A DNA stretch of 64,000 nt from Ignavibacteriota bacterium. GTDB lineage: Bacteria > Bacteroidota > Ignavibacteria > UBA10030 > UBA6906. The stretch lies in the NCBI GenBank assembly GCA_963801355.1, contig CAWDEM010000008.1, positions 640,001 through 704,000 of the forward strand. Direction: 5' to 3'. Position numbers and translations under genes: made by a program. Shown here piece by piece: positions 9,195 through 18,296 of the stretch. Within the stretch, counting starts at the first letter, position 1; each line of letters starts with the position of its first letter. The notes under the pieces were generated by a model. That model made no database searches, was not told the DNA's origin, and worked only from the letters and a program-made list of their open reading frames with translations.

Positions 9195-9893
9195 CTATCC
9201 TTTCGACTGGTGGTGATACTCGAGCCGCGCCGTCCGCACGCGTAACGACAGCATCCAGATAAAGAGAAGTGTAAACGCGATGAGGGACGAGAAAAAGACG
9301 ACGCGCATATTCGGCGACATCTTGAATTCAATCACCGGACCGGCGCCGTCGGGATCTCCCGCAGCGCCCGGGTGGAGGCCGGTCATGATACGGGGCATAA
9401 TAAAGATGAAGAACGGGACGGTGACGGCCGCGAGAATGGAGTAGACGGATGAGAGCGTGGCTCTCTTTTCCTCGATTTCCACCGCAGAGCGAAGCGAGAA
9501 GTACGCGCCGTAAATAAGGAGGAGCACAAAGATCGACGTTTCCCGGGGATCCCAATTCCAGAAGGAGCCCCAGTTGAATTTCGCCCACACGGCCCCGGTC
9601 ACCGTCGCGAGCACGCAGAAGAGCAATCCGAGTCCGGCGGCCGACGCAGACGTCAGGTCATCCACCGGATCCTTCCGGCGCAGGTAGCGGATACCGAACA
9701 CCATGCTGGTGAGAAACGCCACGACGCTGAGCCAGGCAGTCGGCACGTGGAAGAAGATGATCCTGGCCTTTTCTTCGAGGCCCGGGATCGAGGGAAACTC
9801 GTACCAGTGCTGCGGCTGCTGCACGATGGGCAGTCCGAGCGCGGCGACAATCACCAGGGTCAGCAGAATACCGAGCACGATCCGCATGGTCAT
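9195..9893 (-). CDS. ccmC: Heme exporter/cytochrome c biogenesis protein CcmC
   Basis: IIFFHVPTAW, WAKFNWGSFWNWDPRET (WWD motif), GLHP. Confidence 0.94.
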   Translation of the reverse strand: MTMRIVLGILLTLVIVAALGLPIVQQPQHWYEFPSIPGLEEKARIIFFHVPTAWLSVVAFLTSMVFGIRYLRRKDPVDDLTSASAAGLGLLFCVLATVTGAVWAKFNWGSFWNWDPRETSIFVLLLIYGAYFSLRSAVEIEEKRATLSSVYSILAAVTVPFFIFIMPRIMTGLHPGAAGDPDGAGPVIEFKMSPNMRVVFFSSLIAFTLLFIWMLSLRVRTARLEYHHQSKG

Positions 9894-9897
9894 GCGG

Positions 9898-10593
9898 TCA
9901 GTCTTTCCATATGTAGTCAAAAAGCATCGTCGATGCGGTAATAACGACCACAATATACGAAATCAGGACCTGAAATTCACCCGCCGCTTCGCCGAACGGA
10001 GCACCATCGGCGGCGAGCCGCGTGGCGTTGATAACGGTCAGCAACAGGGGCAGCAGAATAGGAAACGATAAAACGGGGTACAACGTTCCCTTGGTATTGG
10101 CGCGCGCAATGATGGCGGCGATGATCGTCGACGCGGCGGCCAGGCCGATGCTCCCGAGGGCGATCGTGACAAGAAAGATGCTCAGTGTGCGGACGACGAA
10201 TCCATTGATGAAAAGCGCATAGAGCGCGACGGTCAGGAGGGTCAGGCCAGCGCCGAGTGCAAGATTAAAAAGCAGTTTGCCTGCAAAGACCGCGCCCGGC
10301 GGTGTCATCAATTGCAGCGTCATGCCTGTGCCCCGCTCTTCCTCCATGACAAATGTTCTGGAAAGTCCGGACATCGCCGCGAAGAAAATCACCACCCAGA
10401 GCATACCCGCGAGCACTTCAGGAGAGGCACCTTCCCCTCCCAGCGAGAAGAGGATGATCGCGATGGTGGTCACCACAAACATCACAAGCGCGCTCATCGC
10501 ATAACGCGTGCGCAACTCCGAGCGCCAGTCCTTGAGGAACACGGCAAGTGCGGCACGGATCCAGCGGGCGGCCACCGGTTCACGGGCGCTCAT
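9898..10593 (-). CDS. ccmB: Heme exporter permease CcmB
   Basis: KDWRSELR, FVMEEERGT, LYPVLSFPILLP; about 6 TM. Confidence 0.92.
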   Translation of the reverse strand: MSAREPVAARWIRAALAVFLKDWRSELRTRYAMSALVMFVVTTIAIILFSLGGEGASPEVLAGMLWVVIFFAAMSGLSRTFVMEEERGTGMTLQLMTPPGAVFAGKLLFNLALGAGLTLLTVALYALFINGFVVRTLSIFLVTIALGSIGLAAASTIIAAIIARANTKGTLYPVLSFPILLPLLLTVINATRLAADGAPFGEAAGEFQVLISYIVVVITASTMLFDYIWKD

Positions 10594-11203
10594 TGAGATC
10601 CACCTTTCGCTCATGGATATCGATGTCTGCCGGATCATTCGTTGCGACGACCAGGATGCCGCGTGAGCGCTGCTCGCTCATGATGGTCCGGACGATTGCC
10701 GTACCGTCCGCATCCAGGTTGGCCATGGGTTCGTCCAGGATGAGGATGCGCGGTTGATGCGCCAGGGCGAGTGCATACTTCAATCGTTGCTTCATGCCCG
10801 ATGAAAACCCGTGCACCGGGTCCGTGCGCTTCGGTTCAAGGACGACACGAGCGAGCAGCTGTGCGTAGGCGGCCCGGTCTCCGCGCTGGCCGCGCAATGA
10901 CGCGGCAAGCAGCATGTTCTCCATGGCGGAGAACTCATCGTAGACCTGCAGGTATGGAGCGACCAGGCCGAAGAGCGCCCTCCGGGAGAACTCGTCGAGC
11001 TTACCGGCACCGTCGACGACAACATGCCCCTTGGCTGGACTCAGCACGCCGCACAGGATCTTCACGAGTGTAGACTTCCCCGCCCCGTTCCTGCCTGTGA
11101 TCAGGAGCGTTTCTCCCTCGCCGACGTGGGTTTCGACATTGCGGAAAACAATCCTGCGGTTGAAGGACTTGCCCAGTCCGTGTGTGGAAAGTTCGAGGGC
11201 CAT
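10580..11203 (-). CDS. ccmA: Heme ABC exporter ATP-binding protein CcmA
   Basis: GRNGAGKST, FSSGMKQRL, LILDEP; upstream of ccmB. Confidence 0.9.
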   Translation of the reverse strand: MALELSTHGLGKSFNRRIVFRNVETHVGEGETLLITGRNGAGKSTLVKILCGVLSPAKGHVVVDGAGKLDEFSRRALFGLVAPYLQVYDEFSAMENMLLAASLRGQRGDRAAYAQLLARVVLEPKRTDPVHGFSSGMKQRLKYALALAHQPRILILDEPMANLDADGTAIVRTIMSEQRSRGILVVATNDPADIDIHERKVDLNERP

Positions 11204-11206
11204 GGG

Positions 11207-12904
11207 TTACTCGCGGACCACCGGGATCTTGCCTGTGACTCTTCCCCCGGGCAGCTCGATCACAAACAGATAGACGCCTGTGGGGGCAAACGTCCCGTCG
11301 TTGGTGCGCCCATTCCAGGTAAACATTTGCCGGTCAAGGTGGGTGGTTGAAGAAATATCCGTCATGGAAGTCACCAGATCGGCAGATGCACTGAAGACGT
11401 ATAGCGAGCCCTTTTGCCGGTCCACTCCTTCCACCGGGATGTAGACGTAGGGCATGCGGCCCGGGTGAAATGGCACGGGGAAAGGGCGCTCGCTGGAGAA
11501 CGAGGATGGATCGTTATATGGCCGGACTGTGTCACCCAGGTAATACGTTGTCCAGAGGCTCATGTCCGCAACGTCCAGTTTGCTGTAGATACCGATGGGC
11601 GTGCTCTTATATGAATCGTCAACCCGCGTGGAGCGAAGGCGCAACGTGTAAGGGAGCAGCGGAATGGAAGCGAGGGTAGTTCCGCCGAGGTAGACGTTAC
11701 ACACCATCACCGTCATCGTGTCCGTGCCCCGTTCGACCTGCGCATAATGGGTGCCCAGGCTCCGTAACGATCCGGGCACATCGCGCGAGGCTCCAGTGAA
11801 TTCGAGAGGCGATTGGATGATCCGTGGGTAGTCGGCTGCGTCGGCATAATACGACCCGGATTTCGCGCGGGAGCCCGTGAAGTAGTTCCAGATTGACCAC
11901 TCGGCATATGCGCCGGCGAAATCCATGCCGTGTTCACGGAGTGCCTGGTCGATCGCCAGTTGGGGACGGAGGAGCCTTGTCTTTTCCCAGATTTCACGCA
12001 TCACATCAATGCCGAATCGTGCGCTGACATAGTGACCCCAGATGGCCCGGCTATACATGATCATGTCGCCCGAAGTGAAGGGGGTTTCGGGAGAGCGAAA
12101 GTGGCTCCAGACCGCGCTCAGGTAATTGTAGTAGTCATTCACTTCGGTGTAGACAACATCCTCCATCCACGTCGAGGTGATTTCATAGAAAAACGGGTCT
12201 TGGTCCCAGTAGCCGTAGTTCCCGATCTGGATTGCATGATGCAACTCATGGGCGATCGTCACTTTGAGTCCGGGTATGCCCCGGTTCTTGTCGGGCCGTA
12301 CGAACACAAAATCATTGTCGATGGTCATCGATGAGGCCGTGCGTCCGCCGGGAACGATCGATTCATCGGGGGTAGTATAGCCGTACATGGCACCGAGCTC
12401 CATCACATAGATATCGTACTCCGGGCCGCCTCCCAGAGAGCCGTCGCTGATCGGGGGTGGGTAGTGCAGGGTTCCGGTTTCCACCGGCACGACGTAGGAA
12501 AGGATCGCGATGATGGAGTCGACGCAGGCGCGGGCCGTTCCGGGTATGCGGTTGCCGCCGGGATCGAGGAGTGCGGGCGTATTGTTGCCGACGGTATCGT
12601 AGTGCACACGGAAAGAGCCGGCGAGCACGGAGGTCTGCAATTCGGGCCGGGCGAGGATGCGCGCCAGTGAGGTCCGATCCATCAGATTGCCTTGCGCATC
12701 CGGAGTCTGACTCCGCTGCATCGCCTCGTGGAGGGCATGGAGGATGATCGGGAAGCCACACTTGATCGGTTCTCCCTCGGGAGGGACCAGGTGTGCGGGG
12801 ATCGGAAGAGACGTCACGGGCATGAAGCGGGAAGGTTGTTCCTGGGCTGCACTCTGCACGCAGAGGGCCGACGCCGCGATGGCCATGGTGAGCATGGATT
12901 TCAT
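11207..12904 (-). CDS. Secreted zinc metalloprotease-like protein (MXAN_6640-like) with a C-terminal T9SS/FlgD-like domain
   Basis: Signal peptide, AHELHHAIQ..FYEITSTWME (HExxH...E), C-terminal PFPVPF...WNGRTNDG..TGVYLF...GKIPVVRE. Confidence 0.72.
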   Translation of the reverse strand: MKSMLTMAIAASALCVQSAAQEQPSRFMPVTSLPIPAHLVPPEGEPIKCGFPIILHALHEAMQRSQTPDAQGNLMDRTSLARILARPELQTSVLAGSFRVHYDTVGNNTPALLDPGGNRIPGTARACVDSIIAILSYVVPVETGTLHYPPPISDGSLGGGPEYDIYVMELGAMYGYTTPDESIVPGGRTASSMTIDNDFVFVRPDKNRGIPGLKVTIAHELHHAIQIGNYGYWDQDPFFYEITSTWMEDVVYTEVNDYYNYLSAVWSHFRSPETPFTSGDMIMYSRAIWGHYVSARFGIDVMREIWEKTRLLRPQLAIDQALREHGMDFAGAYAEWSIWNYFTGSRAKSGSYYADAADYPRIIQSPLEFTGASRDVPGSLRSLGTHYAQVERGTDTMTVMVCNVYLGGTTLASIPLLPYTLRLRSTRVDDSYKSTPIGIYSKLDVADMSLWTTYYLGDTVRPYNDPSSFSSERPFPVPFHPGRMPYVYIPVEGVDRQKGSLYVFSASADLVTSMTDISSTTHLDRQMFTWNGRTNDGTFAPTGVYLFVIELPGGRVTGKIPVVRE

Positions 12905-12931
12905 GGGAGGAAGCACGGGCCGGGATTGGTG

Positions 12932-13408
12932 TTAGTGTGCCTGCCGGCGTCGCTTCAGTCGGATCGTGCGTCGCCGCAATGCTTCGGCAAACCGGCGCCG
13001 CTCATCCTTGGTCTCCGGTTCAACAGCCGGAACCTGTTGGGGAGTCCCGTCATTGTCAATAGCCACGAAGGTGAGATACGCGCTGTTGGCGCGGCGTTCG
13101 GGAAGCCCTGCCTTGCCGTGCGCGGTGACCTGGACGCCGACTTCCATGGAGGTGCGGAACGCACGGTTCACTGAAGCCAGCAGGGTCACCACCTCGCCGA
13201 GTTTCACCGGGTGATGGAAGCTCAACTCGTCCACCGACGCCGTGACGCACACCATGCCGCAGTGGCGCTGGGCGGCAATGGCGGCGACAACATCAATCCA
13301 GTGCATCAGCGTTCCGCCGAGCAGGTTTCCCAGCTGATTCGTGTCGTTAGGCAGAACGAGTTGCGTCGTTGTCACCTGCGACGCGCTGACCGGCTTTGCG
13401 CGGTTCAC
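12932..13408 (-). CDS. Hotdog-fold acyl-CoA thioesterase (YciA-like)
   Basis: LVLPNDTNQLGNLLGG, CVTASVD, SMEVGV, AYLTFVAID. Confidence 0.92.
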   Translation of the reverse strand: MNRAKPVSASQVTTTQLVLPNDTNQLGNLLGGTLMHWIDVVAAIAAQRHCGMVCVTASVDELSFHHPVKLGEVVTLLASVNRAFRTSMEVGVQVTAHGKAGLPERRANSAYLTFVAIDNDGTPQQVPAVEPETKDERRRFAEALRRRTIRLKRRRQAH

Positions 13409-14214
13409 ATTCCCATCCCCTTTCCTCCCTTCGCGGTGTCGCTCTTGACCGGGGGAGACGGCAGGTTCCGGTCAATCTCCGCTTTCAGCTCATCCATACG
13501 TCCGCGTAAAACGCTGTTCGGGTATTTATCGATGAACTTTGCGACTTCCGCAGATGCTTCTGTGTATTTGTTCCTACTCATCAGGAGCTCCACTTTGCCG
13601 ATGTACGCCAGCGGTGCATACTCGGTATCGTGGTATTTTTCGATCACGTCGTCGTAATAGAACATGGCCGACCGGTAATACTCCATCGTGTTATACAGGC
13701 GGGCGGTATCATATTGCTTCTTTGCCAGCCGGTTCGTCAGCTCATGGATCTTCGCATCGGCATCCGCTGCGTTCGGGTTTGCAGGGTAGTACTCCACAAA
13801 ACTCTGGAACTCATCAATGGCGTTGCGTGTATATTTCTGGTCCAGGGCAGCTTTCGGCGAGAGTTTGTAGTAACACAACGCGCTCTTGTACGTCGCGTCG
13901 GCGACACGCGTACTTGCGGGATAGTTGCGTTTTACGATGGAATACTCGAAGGCGGCAAGGAGGTACTCCCCCCTTTCGAAGCGGCACTCGCCGAGATAGT
14001 ACTGCGCATCGGGTGCAAGTGAGCTTCCCTGATACTGCAGCGTGATCACGGTAAACTCATTGATCGCCGGGAGATAGTCGCCGTTATCGAAGAGCGCCTT
14101 CGCATGGCTGAAACGGTCCTCCATGGACATGACCGTGGTGACATCGGCCGAGCCGCATCCACCGAGCACGAGAGCCGTAATGAGTATGAACCCCGAGACT
14201 ATTGACTTCGCCAT
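13405..14214 (-). CDS. bamD: Outer membrane protein assembly factor BamD
   Basis: Lipobox LGGC, TPR repeats, LDQKYT..AIDEFQSFVEYYP, LAKKQYDTARLY. Confidence 0.9.
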   Translation of the reverse strand: MAKSIVSGFILITALVLGGCGSADVTTVMSMEDRFSHAKALFDNGDYLPAINEFTVITLQYQGSSLAPDAQYYLGECRFERGEYLLAAFEYSIVKRNYPASTRVADATYKSALCYYKLSPKAALDQKYTRNAIDEFQSFVEYYPANPNAADADAKIHELTNRLAKKQYDTARLYNTMEYYRSAMFYYDDVIEKYHDTEYAPLAYIGKVELLMSRNKYTEASAEVAKFIDKYPNSVLRGRMDELKAEIDRNLPSPPVKSDTAKGGKGMGM

Positions 14215-15251
14215 GAAAACCACTCCTCTGCTGCTCCCGTCGAAAGGTGCCTGACCCGTTCAAGGACGCGCGTGGCATTTGCGCCGGAAGGGAGAATCTC
14301 CGGCTGGTATCCGCAGCGCACCGGCAAGCACCGCAACACTTCAAGATGTCGGCCCGTCCCATCCTTCACCAGGCGGACTGCGAGGGCGAGTCCGTGGCGG
14401 GTCCAGAACTGGGATGGTTGTTCAAACACACAATTGCCCAGCGAATGGGCGATGACGGCACCATTCTCGCGCACAATACCGTGCGGAACGTGTGGATGAT
14501 GTCCCAATACCAGGTCAACTCCCGTCCTGACCGCCGCACGCGAAAAAGCAATTGTCCCCGCCGTCGGGCGGTCGGTGTATTCATCTCCACCGTGATAGCT
14601 CAGGATAAGGAAATCCACCGAATCCCGCCAGGCCCTGATGCGCGGGAAGAGACGGGCCGTGTCGGATGACACAACCAGCGTATCCCAGCGCGAGGGACGG
14701 ATGTTCATCAGACCCGAGCATGCAAAGAGCGCGAGCGTGATGCCGTTGACGGACAACCTGGCAGGTTCGTATGTCTCGCGGGCAGTTCTTCCGCTTCCCG
14801 CATGGAGGACACCTGCGGCATCCAGGTTTTCGAGTGTTTCGCGGACGGCTCGCGCGCCGTAGTCCAGCGCGTGATTGTTCGCCGTGGCAACAACAGTCAC
14901 GCCGCCCTTCCGGAGCGACCATGCACCCGATGGGGGGCCCGTGAAGACATAGTTACTGCCCGGACTCTCCGTCTCTCCGTTCTGGTCGGAAAGCGGAGAC
15001 TCCAGATTCGCGAAGACGACATCGTACGACGCGATGGTATCCGCCAGCTTCCGGAACGGGTGCAGCGTGTCCCCTCCCAGCAACTTCCGGCCGAGTGTGC
15101 GGCCGAGGTTCACGTCCCCGAAAGCAATCAGCTGTACTTCATTGCGATGCACGTCACGCGGAATTGGCGGGGCTGGTTCCTGGGACCCCGAAGCCGCGGG
15201 AAAAAGCGCCGCCGTCACAAGTATCCACCGCACCACCCCGGGCGTCTTCAC
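14199..15251 (-). CDS. CapA-family metallophosphatase-fold protein
   Basis: GDVNLG, ANLESP, ANNHALDYG, GHHPHV, SLGNCVF; N-terminal signal. Confidence 0.88.
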   Translation of the reverse strand: MKTPGVVRWILVTAALFPAASGSQEPAPPIPRDVHRNEVQLIAFGDVNLGRTLGRKLLGGDTLHPFRKLADTIASYDVVFANLESPLSDQNGETESPGSNYVFTGPPSGAWSLRKGGVTVVATANNHALDYGARAVRETLENLDAAGVLHAGSGRTARETYEPARLSVNGITLALFACSGLMNIRPSRWDTLVVSSDTARLFPRIRAWRDSVDFLILSYHGGDEYTDRPTAGTIAFSRAAVRTGVDLVLGHHPHVPHGIVRENGAVIAHSLGNCVFEQPSQFWTRHGLALAVRLVKDGTGRHLEVLRCLPVRCGYQPEILPSGANATRVLERVRHLSTGAAEEWFSWRSQ

Positions 15252-15254
15252 CTG

Positions 15255-15881
15255 TCAGCTCCGCGTGGTGAAGAGCATGAACACCGCCACGCCGATTGCA
15301 CCGACGAGGATCAGGGGTTCAAGCCATGAGGAGAAGAACCCTTCGGAAGGCACGGTGCCGTGCGTTGCGGCAACGCCCGGATGCTCGACGCGCACGACGT
15401 CACTGAGTGCGATCGTATCCGTGCGCTGCGATTGCCACTCCTCATCATAGAGATAACGTGCACTCCCGGTGTCGCTGACCCGCAACCAGAGCGTCAGCGC
15501 AGTAGTGCGGTCAAGGGCGCGTCCGCCGAAGAGCCCATCACGCCGCAGATTCGCATAGTCCACGCGTGCGCTCTTGACCGCGCACTGGATTCGCCATTCT
15601 CCGCCGGCGGGAACCGGCACGAGGTTTCGATCCCGCAACGCTCGCGCTATCGCTTCCTCGATGTACCAGTACGAACCCGCGGGTTCAACCGACACGTCCG
15701 TCTTGAGTGTATCGCGGGGATGGAGCTGTGCGCACATGCCGGCCACGGCCTCGGTTGCGAGTGACTGGTAGACGTCAAGAGTGGTTGGCGCCTGCGCGGT
15801 GTCCGGCTGTGCGAGGACATCCGCGATGCAGGCGCAGCAAAGTGCCGCGAGAATTGTGACGGGACGGGCGTTCCTCCGCAC
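15255..15881 (-). CDS. Hypothetical exported protein with a C-terminal membrane anchor
   Basis: Signal-like N-terminus, C-terminal WLEPLILVGAIGVAVFMLFTTRS; tightly packed in the operon; start uncertain. Confidence 0.7.
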   Translation of the reverse strand: MRRNARPVTILAALCCACIADVLAQPDTAQAPTTLDVYQSLATEAVAGMCAQLHPRDTLKTDVSVEPAGSYWYIEEAIARALRDRNLVPVPAGGEWRIQCAVKSARVDYANLRRDGLFGGRALDRTTALTLWLRVSDTGSARYLYDEEWQSQRTDTIALSDVVRVEHPGVAATHGTVPSEGFFSSWLEPLILVGAIGVAVFMLFTTRS

Positions 15882-15882
15882 G

Positions 15883-16161
15883 TTACACCCTGGCGGTGTT
15901 TGGGGCGTTTTGCTGCTCAGGAGCAACCTTGCGCTTGCGATAGAGAATACCCACGGGTATGATCACGCAGTAGCCCAGCACAAGGAGGACCGGAGAAACG
16001 ACGAGAGGAAAGAATCCCTCGATCGAGCCTTCGAGCATCGCGGCATACCCGGCGATGATGCTGAGGAGACCGATTCCGATGATAATGAAGTTCTGTCGGT
16101 CGAGTGGAAGAGCAGTTTCCCGGTTGGGTTTCCGGACTTTATTTTTGATCGGCTTGGCCAC
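15883..16161 (-). CDS. Small two-TM membrane protein (DUF3098-like)
   Basis: LPLDRQNFIIIGIGLL...VSPVLLVLGYCVIIPVGILYR; GGAG upstream of the GTG. Confidence 0.75.
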   Translation of the reverse strand: MAKPIKNKVRKPNRETALPLDRQNFIIIGIGLLSIIAGYAAMLEGSIEGFFPLVVSPVLLVLGYCVIIPVGILYRKRKVAPEQQNAPNTARV

Positions 16162-16195
16162 GGCACGCAACTCCGCTAATGTTTACGAACCCCTT

Positions 16196-16231
16196 AAAAT
16201 AAAAGCCCAGCGTTGGGGGGAACGCCGGGCT
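16196..16231 (-). terminator. Rho-independent terminator
   Basis: 10-11 bp GC-rich stem plus U-tract (UUUUAUUUU) on the minus strand. Confidence 0.8.
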
Positions 16232-16280
16232 CGACCATGTACCGTACAACAGTCAGGGGAGTAACTGTCGTATAGGTCGC
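16196..16280 (-). ncRNA. Candidate ~85-nt small RNA or attenuator leader with two C-rich-loop hairpins
   Basis: Hairpin 1 UACGACAGUUA-[CUCCCC]-UGACUGUUGUA inside CGACC/GGUCG; hairpin 2 GCCCGGCGUU-[CCCCCC]-AACGCUGGGC followed by UUUUAUUUU; upstream promoter; no ORF. Confidence 0.65.
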
Positions 16281-16285
16281 CCATA

Positions 16286-16313
16286 AATATACAAAAAGAA
16301 CCACGATTGTCAA
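16286..16313 (-). promoter_or_regulatory. Sigma70-type promoter
   Basis: Perfect TTGACA-16 bp-TATATT in an AT-rich intergenic island. Confidence 0.7.
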
Positions 16314-16345
16314 TAGCCACAGGGGTGTATTTTGGCTAATATTCT

Positions 16346-17059
16346 TCATGAGGCCGGATTTGGGCCATTTTCTTGAATAACGCCATCCACGATGCGAAGC
16401 ACCCGGTCGGCCAATCTGGCGAGATTCTCGTTATGAGTTACCACGACAAACGTCTGCCCCATTCGCCGGCTGAGGTCTTTAATCAGTTCATGGAGGCGTT
16501 CGGCGTTGGTACTATCCAGATTGCCGGATGGCTCATCCGCAAGGACAACCCTGGGGTTGTTCATGAGCGCTCTGGCGACGGCGACCCGTTGTTGTTCCCC
16601 TCCGGAGAGGTGCGTCGGTTTCTGCTCCGCGCGGTCTTCGACGCCGACCTCGCGCAGGAGGCGGAGTGCCTGCTCCCGGATATCCTGGAACTTCGCGCCG
16701 TTGATAAGGCCCGGCATAGCGACATTTTCCAGAGCGGAAAATTCCGGAAGGAGGTGGTGAAATTGGAACACGAAGCCGGTGGAGCGATTTCTGAAGCGCG
16801 CAAGGTCGTCGTCGTTGAGTGCGAACACATCCACATCGTCATAGTGCACGTTGCCTGATGTCGGCCGGTCGAGTGTGCCCAGGATATGCAGTAGTGTACT
16901 CTTCCCCGCTCCCGAGGCGCCCACGATGGCGATAATTTCGCCCGGTTCAATGCGCAGTGTTATGCCCCGCAACACGCGCAGCTCGCCGCCGTTGGAAGTT
17001 CCGGCCTGGAACGTCTTCGTCACGGCTGTCGCGGTAATGATGCCTGTGGTGGATGTCAT
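16346..17059 (-). CDS. lolD: Lipoprotein-releasing ABC transporter ATPase LolD
   Basis: GASGAGKST, GFVFQFHHLLPEFSALENV, LSGGEQQRVA, LADEPSGNLD. Confidence 0.92.
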   Translation of the reverse strand: MTSTTGIITATAVTKTFQAGTSNGGELRVLRGITLRIEPGEIIAIVGASGAGKSTLLHILGTLDRPTSGNVHYDDVDVFALNDDDLARFRNRSTGFVFQFHHLLPEFSALENVAMPGLINGAKFQDIREQALRLLREVGVEDRAEQKPTHLSGGEQQRVAVARALMNNPRVVLADEPSGNLDSTNAERLHELIKDLSRRMGQTFVVVTHNENLARLADRVLRIVDGVIQENGPNPAS

Positions 17060-17066
17060 GGTATCG

Positions 17067-18296
17067 TTACTCCCACCGGATAGCCTGCACCGGGAGCATA
17101 CTTGCCGCCCTGCGGGCCGGATAGAGTGAAGCAAGGATACTCAACAGCATGGTGGCAACGGACACCGCCACAAAATCGGTCCAGCGCACCTCGACGGGAA
17201 TGGCCGGAATAATATAGACTGTCGGATCGAGCGGGAACAACTGGTAGTGAATCTGGAGATAGCACACCAGGAGGCCGATCCCTGTGCCGAGCAGTGTTCC
17301 GATAGTGCCCACGAGGACGCCCTCGAACATGAACACCCGCATGATGCTTGTCGACGTTGCGCCGAGGGCCTTCAGGATGCCGATATCCCTGCGCTTCTCG
17401 ATGACTCCCATAGTCAATGAGCCGAGCACGTTGAACGTCGCGACGCCCACGATCATGCAGAGGATGATATAGGCGGTCCAGCGCTCCACCTTCATCACGG
17501 AATAGAGATCTCTGTGGAGATCGTACCATGTCGACACACGGTAGTTGTCGCCGAGCTTGCGCTGGAGATCTGCCTTGACGCCGTCGGAGTCGTCGATATT
17601 CCGGAGGCGCATTTCTACACCGGTGACCGCGTTGCCCATGTCGAAGAGTTCGCGTGCCGTAGCGAGCGAGACGTAGGCATAGTGCGAGTCGTAGTCCTTG
17701 TTGTTGGAGTCGTAGATGCCGACGACCGAGCACTCGCGCGTTACCGGTTGGCCGAACTGCACGAGCATTTCATCGACTCCCACGGGGCTGAGGATGGAGA
17801 TGTCCGCGCCGACGGTTGTTCCCAGCCGGTCTGCCAGTCCCAGGCCGAGCACGATGCCCGAGTGTTCCCGGGTGTCGGAGAATGCAAACGTGCCCAACAC
17901 GGTGCTTTGTTTTACCCCCGAGACGCGGTCCACGAGCGAATCCTCAACCCCCTTGACGAGAACCACGCGGTTCATGCGCCCTGCAACGAGCAGTGCTTTG
18001 TTGGCGACGAACGGGGCCGACGCAGCAATCCTCCGGTCCGCGGCGATTGCCTGCATCAGTGTGTCCGTGAGTTCCAGCCGTGCGCCCCGTGCGGGTTCCA
18101 CACGAACGTGCGGGTCGAAGCCTACGAGCACCTTTGTGACCACGCTATTGAATCCGTTGAAGACCGAGAGCACGATGATCAGCGCGGCGACTCCCACCGT
18201 GATGCCGATGACGGAGACGAGCATGATGATATTGATGAAGCGCATCTGGCGCTTGGATCGCACGTACCGGCGCGCTATGAATCGCTCGAAGCCCAT
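17067..18296 (-). CDS. LolC/E-family ABC permease
   Basis: FIARRY, GITVGVAALIIVLSVFNGF, EKRRDIGILKALGA, LYPARRAA. Confidence 0.92.
   Translation of the reverse strand: MGFERFIARRYVRSKRQMRFINIIMLVSVIGITVGVAALIIVLSVFNGFNSVVTKVLVGFDPHVRVEPARGARLELTDTLMQAIAADRRIAASAPFVANKALLVAGRMNRVVLVKGVEDSLVDRVSGVKQSTVLGTFAFSDTREHSGIVLGLGLADRLGTTVGADISILSPVGVDEMLVQFGQPVTRECSVVGIYDSNNKDYDSHYAYVSLATARELFDMGNAVTGVEMRLRNIDDSDGVKADLQRKLGDNYRVSTWYDLHRDLYSVMKVERWTAYIILCMIVGVATFNVLGSLTMGVIEKRRDIGILKALGATSTSIMRVFMFEGVLVGTIGTLLGTGIGLLVCYLQIHYQLFPLDPTVYIIPAIPVEVRWTDFVAVSVATMLLSILASLYPARRAASMLPVQAIRWE

Noticed and set aside
16253-16266. GGGGAGTAAC on the plus strand, resembling the start of a yybP-ykoY Mn2+ riboswitch
   Set aside because: It is on the wrong strand for the flanking genes, promoter and terminator, and the other conserved riboswitch elements are missing.
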